A DNA stretch of 64,000 nucleotides from contig OZ244799.1 of assembly GCA_965219955.1 (NCBI GenBank), positions 1,280,001 through 1,344,000 on the forward strand. The letters run 5' to 3'. Below are positions 51,441 through 61,937 of the stretch, piece by piece. Under the pieces are notes generated by a model. The model did no database searches, had not been told where the DNA came from, and worked only from the letters and a program-made list of their open reading frames with translations. The translations under genes and the position numbers were made by a program. How positions within the stretch are numbered: the stretch's first letter is position 1; each line of letters starts with the position of its first letter. The stretch is from a bacterium (GTDB lineage: Bacteria; UBA8248).

Positions 51441-54329
51441 TTAATCGTCCAGCGCGTCGGCCAGCACCTCGGCGATGTGGAGCGCCTTCTTCCCGACGCC
51501 GGTTGCGATTTGCTGCCGGCAGGAGACGCCGTTGGCGATGGTCGCCGCGTCTTCGCCGCCTGCTCTCAGGGCGGGAAAAAGCTTCGTCTCGCCGATGGCG
51601 AGCGAGATGTCAAAATGTTCCTTCTCGTAGCCGAACGAACCGGCCATCCCGCAGCAGCCAGAAGGAATCTGCGTCACCTCCAAACCGGGGATCATGCCCA
51701 GTATCCCGAGGGAAGGGCCTGTGCCCACCAGGGCTTTCTGGTGGCAATGGCCGTGAAACAGGGCTTTTTGCTGTTTCGGGGCCTTGAATTTGAGGTCGAG
51801 TTCGCCCTTGTCATGCAGGCTCTGGAGAAATTCCTCGAGCATCCAGGAATTCTCCGCCAGGCGACCCGCCGCATCGCCCGCCACGAGGTCCGGGTATTCG
51901 TCTCTGAAAGTGAGCAGGCAGCTCGGCTCGACACCGATGATCGGAAGCCCCGCCTCTATGGCGGGGGAGAGCCTCGCGATGTTCTCCTCCGCCAGCTTCT
52001 GGCCCTCGCGCAAGAGGCCGTGCGATATCATGGGCCGTCCGCAGCAGCCCGTCTCGGCGAGTCCAACTTCGAAGCCGGCCGCTTCGAGCACCTTCACCGC
52101 GGCTTTTCCGATCTCAGGGTAATTGAAGTTCGTGAACGTATCGTTCAGGAACAAAACCTTTCCGCGCGCGCCGGCCCCGTTTCGTGCGGAAGGCCGGCCC
52201 GTAAACCACTCCTCGAAGGTGGGCGTCACGAGGGGAGGGAGCCTTCTCCGCTTGTCGACCCCCAGGAACCTGTCCAGAAGCGCGCGCACGAGGCCGTTCC
52301 CCAGCGTCCAGTTCACGACCGGCGCCACGGGGACGCTCAGGCGGTTGATGCGCGCGATGCGCCCCATCACCTGAACGCGCAGGGGCACGCCGTTCTTGTC
52401 GTAGTAGGCCTGAAGCACCTCCGCCTTGATCTTCGCCATGTCCACGCTGGAGGGGCACTCCGCCTTGCAGCCTTTGCAGGAGATACAAAGGTCCATCACC
52501 TCATAGAGGCGCTCGCTGCCCATATCCTCTCCGGGGATTCCGTTCGCGATGACCTCTCTCAGCGCGTTCGCCCGCCCGCGCGTGGAGTGTTCCTCCTCCA
52601 TCGTCGCCTGGTAGGAGGGGCACATCGTGCCGTCGCGCTTGCGGCACGCGCCCACGCCGTTGCAAAGCTCAACCGCGCGCGCGAAGCCGCCGTCGCTCGA
52701 GAAATCCATGATGGTCGGAATCTCGGGCGTCTTGTAGGAGCCGTCGAAGCGCAGGTTTTGGGTGAAGGGGAGGGCGTTCACGATTTTCCCGGGGTTCATC
52801 CGGTTCTCGGGGTCGAAGAGCCGCTTCACCTCGACGAACACCCCATAGAGTTTCTCGCCGAAGAACTTTGGCACCCACTGGCTTCTCGCCAGGCCGTCGC
52901 CGTGCTCTCCGCTCATGGCGCCACCGTATTCGAGCACGAGGTCCGCGACCTCCCCGGCGATGGCGGCCATTTTTTCGATCTCCTCGTCTTCCTTGAGGTT
53001 GATGAGCGGGCGCAGGTGCAGCAGGCCCACGCTCGTGTGGCCGTAGTAGGAGGTTTCCGTGTCGTATTTCTTCATGATGGCTTCGAAATGCCGGTAATAA
53101 TCCAGGAGGTGTTCGGGGGCCACCGCGCAGTCCTCCACGAAGGCGCAGGGCTTCCAGTCGCCCCGGCGTCCGAGGAGAAAGCCCAGGCCCGCCTTCCGCA
53201 TGTTCAGGCAGTCCTGCTTGTGGGCGGGGTCGTCGAGCGGAACGCGCGCGTAGCCGATGTTCTTCGCTTCGAGTTCATCGTGGAGACGCCTGACCTTCTC
53301 TTTGGCCTCATCGTCGTTTTCGGCGAAAAACTCGATCGTCAGGAAAGAATCCGGGTCGCCCACGACGAAACTATCCATCAGACGCTGGGCTTCTAAATTC
53401 TGCTTGGCGAGTTCGATGATCACCCGGTCGATGATCTCAATCGCCGCCACGTCGTGGGCCAGAATGGTCGTGCTCGCGGCGAGGGCCTCTTCGATGCTGT
53501 GGAAATGCACCACCAGGACGCCGAGCGCCCTGGGCTTGGGGCACACGCGCACCTTGGCCTCCGTGACCACGGCCAGCGTGCCCTCGGCGCCCACCATGAG
53601 CTTGGCGAGGTTGAAGGGCTGTGATTCCCTGGCGAGTTCATCGAGGTTGTATCCGCTCACACGGCGCATGATGTCGGGGTAGCGGTCCTCAATCTCCACG
53701 CGCTGCTCATCCACGATGTCTTTCAGCGCCTTGTGCAGCCTGCCCGAGTGTGAATCCTCGCGCATGAGGTCTTCGAGAGACGCCGCATCCAGAGGCCCGA
53801 AGGAGAAGGGCTCGCCGTCTGCGAAATAGCCTGAAACTTCGATGACGTGATCCACCGTCTTTCCGTAAACGATGGAGCGCGAACCCGAGGAGTTGTTGCC
53901 CAGCATGCCGCCGATGGTGGCGCGGCTGCTCGTCGAGGTGTTCGGGCCGAAGACGAATCCGCGCGGGCTTAAGAAATCGTTGAAGTGATCCTGCACCAGC
54001 CCCGGCTGGACGCGCGCCCATTCTTCTTCGGCATTTAACTCGATCACCTGGTTCATATATTTGGAAAAATCCAGCACCAGCGCTTCTCCCACCGTCTGGC
54101 CGGCGAGGCTGGTGCCGCCGCCCCGGGGGAGGATGGCGACGTTGTGTTTCTGGGCGATTCGAAGCGTTTTTTGCACGTCGGCGTTCGTTTTCGGCAGCAC
54201 GAGGCCCACGGGCTCTATCTCGTACATGCTCGCATCGGTGCTGTATATCTTTCTCGTGAAGGCATCGAAACGCACTTCGCCTTCAATGGCTACGCGCAAA
54301 TCTTCTTCAAGTGCAGTAGCAACTACCAT
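51441..54329 (-). CDS. FAD-binding and Fe-S oxidoreductase (YdiJ/GlcD-GlcF fusion type)
   Basis: PRGGGTSLAGQ, SGEHGDG, CxxxGxC and CxxCxxCxxxCP clusters, two CCG domains. Confidence 0.93.
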   Translation of the reverse strand: MVVATALEEDLRVAIEGEVRFDAFTRKIYSTDASMYEIEPVGLVLPKTNADVQKTLRIAQKHNVAILPRGGGTSLAGQTVGEALVLDFSKYMNQVIELNAEEEWARVQPGLVQDHFNDFLSPRGFVFGPNTSTSSRATIGGMLGNNSSGSRSIVYGKTVDHVIEVSGYFADGEPFSFGPLDAASLEDLMREDSHSGRLHKALKDIVDEQRVEIEDRYPDIMRRVSGYNLDELARESQPFNLAKLMVGAEGTLAVVTEAKVRVCPKPRALGVLVVHFHSIEEALAASTTILAHDVAAIEIIDRVIIELAKQNLEAQRLMDSFVVGDPDSFLTIEFFAENDDEAKEKVRRLHDELEAKNIGYARVPLDDPAHKQDCLNMRKAGLGFLLGRRGDWKPCAFVEDCAVAPEHLLDYYRHFEAIMKKYDTETSYYGHTSVGLLHLRPLINLKEDEEIEKMAAIAGEVADLVLEYGGAMSGEHGDGLARSQWVPKFFGEKLYGVFVEVKRLFDPENRMNPGKIVNALPFTQNLRFDGSYKTPEIPTIMDFSSDGGFARAVELCNGVGACRKRDGTMCPSYQATMEEEHSTRGRANALREVIANGIPGEDMGSERLYEVMDLCISCKGCKAECPSSVDMAKIKAEVLQAYYDKNGVPLRVQVMGRIARINRLSVPVAPVVNWTLGNGLVRALLDRFLGVDKRRRLPPLVTPTFEEWFTGRPSARNGAGARGKVLFLNDTFTNFNYPEIGKAAVKVLEAAGFEVGLAETGCCGRPMISHGLLREGQKLAEENIARLSPAIEAGLPIIGVEPSCLLTFRDEYPDLVAGDAAGRLAENSWMLEEFLQSLHDKGELDLKFKAPKQQKALFHGHCHQKALVGTGPSLGILGMIPGLEVTQIPSGCCGMAGSFGYEKEHFDISLAIGETKLFPALRAGGEDAATIANGVSCRQQIATGVGKKALHIAEVLADALDD

Positions 54330-54533
54330 CAGATACCTCTTTGATTATTAAAGATAAAATAATGAATTATTATAAATTACTTTAAGTTTGGAAAACCAGA
54401 TTTATCATAGGTTACGCGAGCACCGGAGACAAGGGAAGTATCGTCCCTTTTCGCCATCTCCGCCACACGCGTTTGCCAAAGAACAAGTGGCGCGTTAAGT
54501 TTCTGGCAGACGCTCAAGAGAAGGAACGATGTC

Positions 54534-55535
54534 TTGAACTACCACGAACTGGCGCAGCGCGCCCTGGAAGATGCAAGTCCCGGACGAGAAGAGGCGTTAT
54601 CCGTCATCAATGCGCCCGACGACGAGATTCTTCAGCTTCTGGACGCCGCCTTTTCGGTGCGGCGCGCCTATTTCGGAAAAAAAGTGCAGATCCATTACCT
54701 CATCAACGCCAAGAGCGGCATCTGTCCGGAGGATTGCGGCTATTGCTCTCAATCCGCCGTGTCCAGCGCTCAGATCGACAGATACGAGCTGGTGGACGAG
54801 GAGCAACTCCTCGAGGGCGCCTCACGGGCCGAGGCGGCCGGTTCGAGGCGCTACTGCATCGTCATCAGCGCGCGGGGGCCGTCGGACGCGGAAATCGAAA
54901 AACTCTGCCGCGCCGTCTCCGAGATAAAATCGCGCCACCGCCTTTCCGTGTGCTGTTCTCTCGGCTTGCTGGAAGCCTCCCAGGCCGCCAGACTCAGCGA
55001 GGCGGGCGTCGATCGCTTCAACCACAACCTGAACACGAGCGAGAATTATTATCCTCAAATCTGCTCCACGCACACCTATGACGACCGGGTGGACACCCTG
55101 GGCGCGGCGCGCGGGGCAGGCCTCGAATTATGCTCGGGCGTCATTTTCGGGCAAGGGGAGAGCACTGGGGACGTCATCGACGTATGTGAGGCGCTGAGCG
55201 CGCTCGCGCCCGAGTCGATACCCGTCAACTTCCTCAATCCGATCGGCGGAACGCCGCTTGAGGGGAAGCCGCTGCTCGGGCCGATCTTCTGCCTCAAGCT
55301 GCTGTGCTTGATGCGCTTCTATAATCCCCGCTCAGAGATCCGCGTCGCCGGGGGAAGGGAAGTCCAACTGAGAGAAATGCAGCCTCTGGCACTCTATCCG
55401 GCCAACTCGATTTTCGTGGACGGCTATCTCACCACATCCGGCCAGGAGTCGGCCGCCGCTCATCGCATGATCCATGACGCGGGATTCGAGCTCGACGTCA
55501 CAGGCCATGCCGACCCGGTTTTATCTGAGCGATAA
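54534..55535 (+). CDS. bioB: Biotin synthase
   Basis: KSG.CPEDCGYCSQS radical SAM motif, NHNLNTS, CSG.I.G.GE, SIPVNFL, GGRE. Confidence 0.96.
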   Translation: MNYHELAQRALEDASPGREEALSVINAPDDEILQLLDAAFSVRRAYFGKKVQIHYLINAKSGICPEDCGYCSQSAVSSAQIDRYELVDEEQLLEGASRAEAAGSRRYCIVISARGPSDAEIEKLCRAVSEIKSRHRLSVCCSLGLLEASQAARLSEAGVDRFNHNLNTSENYYPQICSTHTYDDRVDTLGAARGAGLELCSGVIFGQGESTGDVIDVCEALSALAPESIPVNFLNPIGGTPLEGKPLLGPIFCLKLLCLMRFYNPRSEIRVAGGREVQLREMQPLALYPANSIFVDGYLTTSGQESAAAHRMIHDAGFELDVTGHADPVLSER

Positions 55536-55681
55536 TCCAGAATTTCATCTGTTGTTCCGCCGTTCAGGGGAACCCGTTTTCAAGTGAATAGTTTTCGGCC
55601 GCCAACGAGAAGCTTATCTTTCAGGTTTTTTGATTTGAAGAAAAGAACTAAGAATCAGTCATATAAATTTAATTACCAGGC

Positions 55682-55709
55682 ATTTAACCTACGATATCTG
55701 ATAATCTAC
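55682..55709 (-). other. Degenerate dif-like site
   Basis: ATTTAACCTAC-GATATC-TGATAATCTAC; 20/28 identical to 57010-57037, same orientation. Confidence 0.45.
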
Positions 55710-55727
55710 ATTAAGATATAATCCACG

Positions 55728-56951
55728 CTAATCCCTGTATTTGTCTCGCACTTCCGCTCCCGCCATCGCCACTCCGATGGGCCTGAGCACGTGTAAAATG
55801 CGAAGCGCGTCGTCATGCAGTTTCAATACCTCTTCAAGTCGTTTGTACGCCTGCGGCGCCTCATCGGTATCCGCTCCGCGAAGCACGACCCCCATCCTCT
55901 CAATCCATTCATTCATTTGCTCACGCGTGATTGCGCCGCCCTTGCGAATCAGACGGCCCTTGCGCCATCTTTTCCTTCCGGCCGCCCTGGTTCTGCTCAT
56001 CACGCGGCCCGCGCCGTGAATCGTGGAGTAGAGGAGAGATTTCGACCCCGGCGTCTCCACGCCCTCGGCGATGACGGAAATATCCCCCATGCTTCCGCCG
56101 ATAAAACATTTCTGGCCGGGCCAGGCCGGCGTGGCGCCCTTGCGAACCACGATACAGCGGATGCCGTCGTGCTCTTCCTCCCACGCGAAATTGTGGTGGT
56201 TGTGCACTTCCCATTCTGAGCGGGCTCCCAGGATATCGAGAACACGGGCCCCCACGTAATCCCTGCCGGCATAGGCGTAGCGCCCGGCCAGCTCCATGGC
56301 GGCGAAATAGTCGCTCCCCAGCGAAGAGGCGAGAGAGAATACGGTGGCCCTGGCGTGCATTTCCTCCCGGGCAGGGGAGTCATGGAACTTTCGGTTCTTC
56401 GCCAGATTCAGAAAACCGGTGCATGTTTTGTGGCCAAAGCCCCTGGAGCCGAAATGAATCCCGAGCCAGAGCGAGTCGTCCGCCTCCTCGACGAATAAAT
56501 CGACATAATGATTGCCCGCGCCGATGGTGCCCAACTGCGAGCGGGCCAGCGGCTTCAAATCCTCGAATTCGGGCATTACCCTCCAGGCGGGGTCATCGAA
56601 AAGCGGGTCGTCTATGGGTTCGGGATTTTTCCGGCCCATGCCGAATTCCAGGTTCTGAAATATCTCATCCATGATGCCGGAGAGTTCAGGGCGCACGTCC
56701 GAGGCTTTCAAATTCGTCCTGATGGCTTTATTCCCACAGGCGATGTCATAGCCCACGCCACTCGGCGATACGGCGTTTTCATAGGCGATAATGCCCCCGA
56801 TGGGCATGGAATAGCCCAGATGGTGATCCGCGCACAAAGCGCCTGCCCGCGCTTCAAGGTCGTCGAGGCAGCACTCTATCTGGCGAAGAGCGCCTTCATC
56901 CACGGGATGACCACGTACGGCAAGGGGTTTTCCTTCAGGGTGTGGCTTCAT
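55728..56951 (-). CDS. rtcB: RNA-splicing ligase RtcB family
   Basis: AD.H.GY..PIG, GYDIACG, GNHY, H.GSRG, HN, RKGAT, HGAGR, DEAP.AYK. Confidence 0.95.
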   Translation of the reverse strand: MKPHPEGKPLAVRGHPVDEGALRQIECCLDDLEARAGALCADHHLGYSMPIGGIIAYENAVSPSGVGYDIACGNKAIRTNLKASDVRPELSGIMDEIFQNLEFGMGRKNPEPIDDPLFDDPAWRVMPEFEDLKPLARSQLGTIGAGNHYVDLFVEEADDSLWLGIHFGSRGFGHKTCTGFLNLAKNRKFHDSPAREEMHARATVFSLASSLGSDYFAAMELAGRYAYAGRDYVGARVLDILGARSEWEVHNHHNFAWEEEHDGIRCIVVRKGATPAWPGQKCFIGGSMGDISVIAEGVETPGSKSLLYSTIHGAGRVMSRTRAAGRKRWRKGRLIRKGGAITREQMNEWIERMGVVLRGADTDEAPQAYKRLEEVLKLHDDALRILHVLRPIGVAMAGAEVRDKYRD

Positions 56952-57009
56952 GACTCGGTCTATCAGCAGGGGAGTTCAAGGAATGGGCCTGAAAAGACGC
57001 CGGGATGTT

Positions 57010-57037
57010 ATTTTACATAACATATCTTATCATCGAA
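57010..57037 (-). other. Putative chromosomal dif site (XerC/XerD)
   Basis: Minus strand TTCGATGATAA-GATATG-TTATGTAAAAT (11-6-11; XerD arm 10/11 to E. coli TTATGTTAAAT); intergenic; KOPS polarity flips here. Confidence 0.8.
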
Positions 57038-57068
57038 TTGCCTTGCGGTGAATTTCCGGCCAGGCTTT

Positions 57069-57740
57069 TTATTTGACGGGCTTTTCGCCGCCCAATTTCG
57101 CGCGGATTCGGGCGGTCAGAAACGGACTCTCGGGGTGTTTTTTGCTTAACTCTTCATAAGTCTTGCGCGCATCCTCGAACCGGCCAAGCCTCTCCTGGCA
57201 ATCGGCAATGGAAAGATACAGGTCTTCAGACGTCAAGAGGCTCCCTTTCTTGAGGATTGACTCCCAAACCGGGATGGCCTCGGCGCAGGCGCCCTCCAGC
57301 ATCAAGACAGTGGCTGTTCCGCGTCTCGCCAGTTCTTTGTCGGTTTCAGAGGAAACGCTGCTCTTCAGCACGAGTTCATATTGCGCCCGTGCGCCTTGAT
57401 ATTGTTTTCTGTCGCGCAGCAAGGCCGCCAGGTGCAATCTCGCCAGAAGACCGGGGCGCGAGCGTGGATAATCGTTGGCCACCTTCTGAAACGCCGCTTC
57501 CGCCGCTTCTCCCTTGCCGTCCGGAGAAGCGATTTTAGCCAACCCATAAGCCATTGACGCTTTTTCTCTCGCACGCTCATCCCACATGCGGTAGCCCACA
57601 AAGCCAGCCGCCACCAAAACAACGACGCCCAAAGCCACGTAAAGAATCTTCTGGTTCTCGACAAACCAGAAAACCAGCTTTCTTCCATACGTCTGTAATG
57701 CATCCGGTTGCCGGATTTCTTTTCTGAAAGTCCTGGCCAT
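57069..57740 (-). CDS. Membrane-anchored TPR protein (YfgM-like)
   Basis: RKE.RQPD, single TM, TPR-like helices (YP.S, A...YE.L...HP.S). Confidence 0.8.
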   Translation of the reverse strand: MARTFRKEIRQPDALQTYGRKLVFWFVENQKILYVALGVVVLVAAGFVGYRMWDERAREKASMAYGLAKIASPDGKGEAAEAAFQKVANDYPRSRPGLLARLHLAALLRDRKQYQGARAQYELVLKSSVSSETDKELARRGTATVLMLEGACAEAIPVWESILKKGSLLTSEDLYLSIADCQERLGRFEDARKTYEELSKKHPESPFLTARIRAKLGGEKPVK

Positions 57741-57957
57741 CTCACCATGATCCTTTTGCGTTAAAACCCATATCAGCGACAATGATTCCATCGGAAATGT
57801 ATGGCCACTGGCGCATCAGTCATCCAGATTCAAAGCTGCTTCGCGGTTTCCGTCCTCGGGAATAAGCGGCTGGCACAATAAGCGGAACGGACCGATCCGT
57901 CAATCGCTTCTCGAAATGCGGACCCGGCGGAGTTGGCGAATCAAATCCAGGCAAGCC

Positions 57958-58380
57958 TCAACGGCCCTTATCAAGAATATCGAGTATTTCTTCGAGTTCT
58001 TTTCGAACCCAGGCCAGATCGATGTTTTCCCGGCTTGGACTCTCGAGCGGCAACACGGGGGCAACGTCCGTCCCGGCTTCGGCAGGCTTCTTCGCCTTGT
58101 TTGCTTCGGCTCTCGCTGCCCTTTGCTTTTGAAGCTGTTTCTTGGCCCCGGCAATGGTGAAGTTCTCTTCATACAGCAGTTGCTTGATCGAAAAAACGAG
58201 TTCAACGTCTTTGCGGCGGTAAATCCGTTGCCCGGAATCACCTTTCGCCGGCCGGAGCATCCGGAATTCGCTCTCCCAGTAACGCAGGACATGGGGCTTC
58301 GTGCCCGTTAATTCCGCCACCTCACCGATCTTGAAGAACAACTTGTCGGGTATGTGCTGATTCCGGGAGGTCTGGGCCAT
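57958..58380 (-). CDS. MerR family transcriptional regulator (ihfA-linked type)
   Basis: [37 protein letters not shown]. Confidence 0.92.
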   Translation of the reverse strand: MAQTSRNQHIPDKLFFKIGEVAELTGTKPHVLRYWESEFRMLRPAKGDSGQRIYRRKDVELVFSIKQLLYEENFTIAGAKKQLQKQRAARAEANKAKKPAEAGTDVAPVLPLESPSRENIDLAWVRKELEEILDILDKGR

Positions 58381-58390
58381 AATATACTCC

Positions 58391-59608
58391 CTATTTTCTC
58401 GACCTTCGGCGAACTACGATGGCGTCCGAAAATCCGGCAAGGCGGATTTTTTTTCTGAATGCCAAAGCATCACGAAGGCTCTCGAATTTGCCGGTTCTTA
58501 TTCTGTAAAGTCGCCTTGTCCCGCCACGTTGAAGCCGGGAGGCAAGCTCACCACGAAAACCAGAATCTTCCGCGCGATCCAGAAGAAGGGCAGCATCTTC
58601 CAGATTCCTGAAACTTCCCGCAGCCACTGTCCACCGATTATTATATCGGTACACTCTGGCTCCGATTCTTTTCTTCCTCGCCTCGTTCGCCAAAGCCCGA
58701 GCCTCGGCAAGACTCGAAAACGAGCCGAGGCGCACCTCCGTCATGCGGCTGCTGCTCCTTCGCGCGCGGCTGACGCCTGACACCTTGAAGACGGAAAATC
58801 CTTTGCCCTTCAAGCGTTTCGAGAATGCTTCCGCGCAACGCCCGGTACGACAGGAAGCCACCTGAACGCTATAGTAAAAACCCCGAGAGGGCTTGCGGAT
58901 GCCTGCTCCGCCTCGAATTTTCGCTTTTGGCTTTTCGGTCTTTTTCTCAGCGTCCGGTTTTCTCCTGGGGCTCGGGCGAACGGGCGCCGGCGTTACAGGC
59001 GGAACTTTTTTCTCGGGCACCACAGCGGCCACCACCATTTGCTGTTTCGGCTTGGCTTTCTCTCTCGACGCCATGGCGGGCTTTTTTATCGGAGCAGCGG
59101 CGAGCGGCGCTTTTTCAGCCGGACTCCGCGGCGCGGCTTTGCGTTCCATCTTCGACGCAACGGGGGATATGGGTTTTTCGGCCGATCCCGGAGCCGCCGG
59201 GCGCTCGGGCTGCATGTTTTGCTCCGCTCCCCCGAGACCTCTTTTTTGCTCCTGTTGGTCCTGGTTTTGTCGAAATTGGCCGGAGGCGCCGGGCGCCTGC
59301 TGCGGACGTTCCGTTGCGCCTCTCAGTTTCGCCAAGCGCATTTTTCTTTGTTGTTCTTCCTTCATGCGGGCTTTTTCGAGCTGTTCCGTTTTTTTCACTT
59401 TGGGAAGCCACCAAAACTGATATCCCGCCCAGGCTACTCCACCCAGCATGACGCATACGAACAGGATGACCATCAAGACATCGACGAAACCGCCTCTTCG
59501 ACGCTCGTAACTTCCTCCGTCGTCTCCGTCGTCTCCGGAGTCTCCGCCTGAATCCCCTTCCCTTTCCTCATCATCGCCTTCGAGAAGATTCACCCCTTTT
59601 CTCGCCAT
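58391..59608 (-). CDS. Membrane-anchored SPOR-domain protein
   Basis: Acidic N-terminus, TM, long Pro/Ala/Lys linker, YSVQVAS, VRLGSF, YRIRTG.F. Confidence 0.8.
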   Translation of the reverse strand: MARKGVNLLEGDDEEREGDSGGDSGDDGDDGGSYERRRGGFVDVLMVILFVCVMLGGVAWAGYQFWWLPKVKKTEQLEKARMKEEQQRKMRLAKLRGATERPQQAPGASGQFRQNQDQQEQKRGLGGAEQNMQPERPAAPGSAEKPISPVASKMERKAAPRSPAEKAPLAAAPIKKPAMASREKAKPKQQMVVAAVVPEKKVPPVTPAPVRPSPRRKPDAEKKTEKPKAKIRGGAGIRKPSRGFYYSVQVASCRTGRCAEAFSKRLKGKGFSVFKVSGVSRARRSSSRMTEVRLGSFSSLAEARALANEARKKRIGARVYRYNNRWTVAAGSFRNLEDAALLLDRAEDSGFRGELASRLQRGGTRRLYRIRTGKFESLRDALAFRKKIRLAGFSDAIVVRRRSRK

Positions 59609-59633
59609 GATATGAACCCTCTATATGCGAAAA

Positions 59634-61721
59634 TTATTCGCTCTCACGGGCCATCTCCGCTTCAGAGATGATTTTTTCGGAAATCTGGCCCGGCACTTCC
59701 TCGTAATGAGAAAATTCCATGGAGAAATCCCCCCGATCTGCGGTCAGCGATCGCAGCGCGGGCGCATAGTTCAACACCTCAGACATGGGAACCTGGGACT
59801 TGATGACCTGTTTTCCGCTGGTGCTCGGGTCCATGCCGAGCACTCTGCCCCTGCGCGAATTCATGTCTCCGATGATGTCGCCCATATACTCTTCCGGAAC
59901 GACGATTTGCATGTTCATGATGGGTTCGAGGAGAGTCGGCCTGCAATCCTGAACGCCTTTCTTGAAACCGAGCGAACCGGCTATTTTGAACGCCATTTCA
60001 GAACTGTCGACGTTGTGAAAACTGCCGTCATAAAGCGTGATTTTCAGATCGGTCACGGGATAACCCGCCAGGGTTCCAGAGTCCATCGCCTCCACGATCC
60101 CCTTCTGCACGGCCGGAATGAAGGTTTTGGGAATCGCTCCACCCACGATCTTGTCCACGAACTCGAACCCGCCGCCGCGCTGCAGCGGCTCAATCTCGAG
60201 CCAGGTGTCTCCAAACTGCCCACGTCCGCCGGTTTGTTTCTTGTAGCGGCCCTGAACCTTGGTTCTGCCCTTGATCGTTTCCTTATAGGGCACGCGGGGG
60301 GTCTGCATCTCCACTTCCACACCGTATTTCCGCTTGATTCGTTCTACTATCACCTCGATGTGCAGAACGCCCAGGCCCGAAAGAAGCATCTCTTTGGTTT
60401 GGGGGTCACGGCTGATGGTCAGCGCAGGGTCCTCATCGCGCAAACGCGCGAGGGCCGTGCTGAGCTTCTCCTCATCCCCCTTGCTCTTGGGCGCTACGGC
60501 GTAGGAGATGACGGGCGACGGGAAGTTGATGGGCTCGAACACGACGGCGCCGGACTCGTCGCAAAGCGTGTCCCCCGTTCTGGTGGTTTTCAGCTTTGCG
60601 AGCGCGGCGATATCTCCCGGCACAAGCCTGTCGGAGACGGGAGACTGCCCTTTCCCCTGGATGAAGAGCAAAGAACCGATTCTTTCTTTCTCCGATTGCG
60701 ATGTGTTGAGGACGCCGGTATCGGAAGAAATCTCGCCCGAGACCACACGGAAATAATTCAGTTTGCCGGCAAAAGCGTCCACCACCGTCTTGAATACCAG
60801 GGCGCGGAAAGGCTCACCGGCTTCCGCCTTGATGCTCACCACTTCGTCGCTCGCGTTTTTCGCCTTGAATTCATGCGCCGAAGGCGAGGCGCCGAACTGC
60901 TCAATCGCTCGAAGCAAAAGGTCCGTGCCTACGTTTTTCAATCCGCACCCGCACAAAACCGGCATGAAGGAACCTTCCTGAATCCCCTGGCGCAGTCCCT
61001 GAACGATCTCGTCAGATGAGAGTTCCTCTCCCTCCAGATATTTCTCGAGCACTTCCTCGTTCGTCTCGGCCGCAAACTCGATGAGCTGCCCGCGATACTC
61101 TTCATAGGAATCGGCAAGTTCCGCCGGAATGTCGCTCTCCACACCCTTTCCGTCACCCTCCAACTGGTAGGTGTAAGCCTTTCCCGTAATGAGATCGACG
61201 ATCCCGTTGAAGTCGGCGCCCGGGTTTATGGGCAAATGCAATACCGCGAGACGTTTGTTGATTGTCTTTTCCGCATATTCCATCGCGCGGCTCAAATCGG
61301 CCTGTTCGTGGTCCATCTGGTTCAGATATATGAATGTCGACAAGCCTTCTTCCTCGGCCCAGCCCAGAACCTTCTCGGTAATCACCTTTGGCTCTGAATG
61401 AGAATTCAGGACGACGAGGGCGTTGTCACATGCACGAATAGCCGCGAGGGTATCCGATATGAAATTCGAATACCCCGGCGTATCGAGAAGGTTGATCCGG
61501 TGCCTGTCCCAATCGGCGAAGGCCACCGCCCCCAGGATGGAGGAGTTTCTCTTCACCTCTTCGGGTTCCGAATCGAGTATCGTGTTGCCCGCATCGACCT
61601 TCCCTTGCCTGTCGGTGCTTCCTGCGGTGAAGAGGCAGGCTTCCACGAGAGAAGTTTTTCCGTTTCCTCCCTCTCCCACAAAAGCAACGTTACGGATTTT
61701 GTCTGTTTCATGAGCCGCCAT
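59634..61721 (-). CDS. Elongation factor G paralogue (EF-G II-like)
   Basis: Full EF-G domain order (VPYKETI, KKQTGGRGQF, DSSEMAF, LLEPIM) with deviant G motifs GEGGNGKT, DTPGY, NQMD. Confidence 0.93.
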   Translation of the reverse strand: MAAHETDKIRNVAFVGEGGNGKTSLVEACLFTAGSTDRQGKVDAGNTILDSEPEEVKRNSSILGAVAFADWDRHRINLLDTPGYSNFISDTLAAIRACDNALVVLNSHSEPKVITEKVLGWAEEEGLSTFIYLNQMDHEQADLSRAMEYAEKTINKRLAVLHLPINPGADFNGIVDLITGKAYTYQLEGDGKGVESDIPAELADSYEEYRGQLIEFAAETNEEVLEKYLEGEELSSDEIVQGLRQGIQEGSFMPVLCGCGLKNVGTDLLLRAIEQFGASPSAHEFKAKNASDEVVSIKAEAGEPFRALVFKTVVDAFAGKLNYFRVVSGEISSDTGVLNTSQSEKERIGSLLFIQGKGQSPVSDRLVPGDIAALAKLKTTRTGDTLCDESGAVVFEPINFPSPVISYAVAPKSKGDEEKLSTALARLRDEDPALTISRDPQTKEMLLSGLGVLHIEVIVERIKRKYGVEVEMQTPRVPYKETIKGRTKVQGRYKKQTGGRGQFGDTWLEIEPLQRGGGFEFVDKIVGGAIPKTFIPAVQKGIVEAMDSGTLAGYPVTDLKITLYDGSFHNVDSSEMAFKIAGSLGFKKGVQDCRPTLLEPIMNMQIVVPEEYMGDIIGDMNSRRGRVLGMDPSTSGKQVIKSQVPMSEVLNYAPALRSLTADRGDFSMEFSHYEEVPGQISEKIISEAEMARESE

Positions 61722-61937
61722 CTACCTCAACTCCTCTGAAATCAGCCCTTTGGCAACATGACGTTTACAAAGGGCCTCGCGCCCGCCCAGATGATAAGTG
61801 CGAAAATATGTATTCCCGAATCCTGCCATTCAAGGTTCGCTTTGTCAATCAGAATGAATTACTTGCAGGGCAACATTAAAGCTGGGTGTGAACTATAAAA
61901 TTGTGCGATCGCCCCAAACTCTCGAAAATCCTTGAGG

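Noticed and set aside
51477-53396. Long antisense ORFs (also 25846-27141, 31639-33012, 35975-37381, 37627-38766, 44061-45812, 59625-61019, 61932-63044)
   Set aside because: They are shadow frames opposite well-supported high-GC genes and show no recognisable motifs.
54340-54530. BirA operator upstream of bioB
   Set aside because: Only a weak AACC...GGTT pair with non-standard spacing; it does not match TGTAAACC-N-GGTTTACA.
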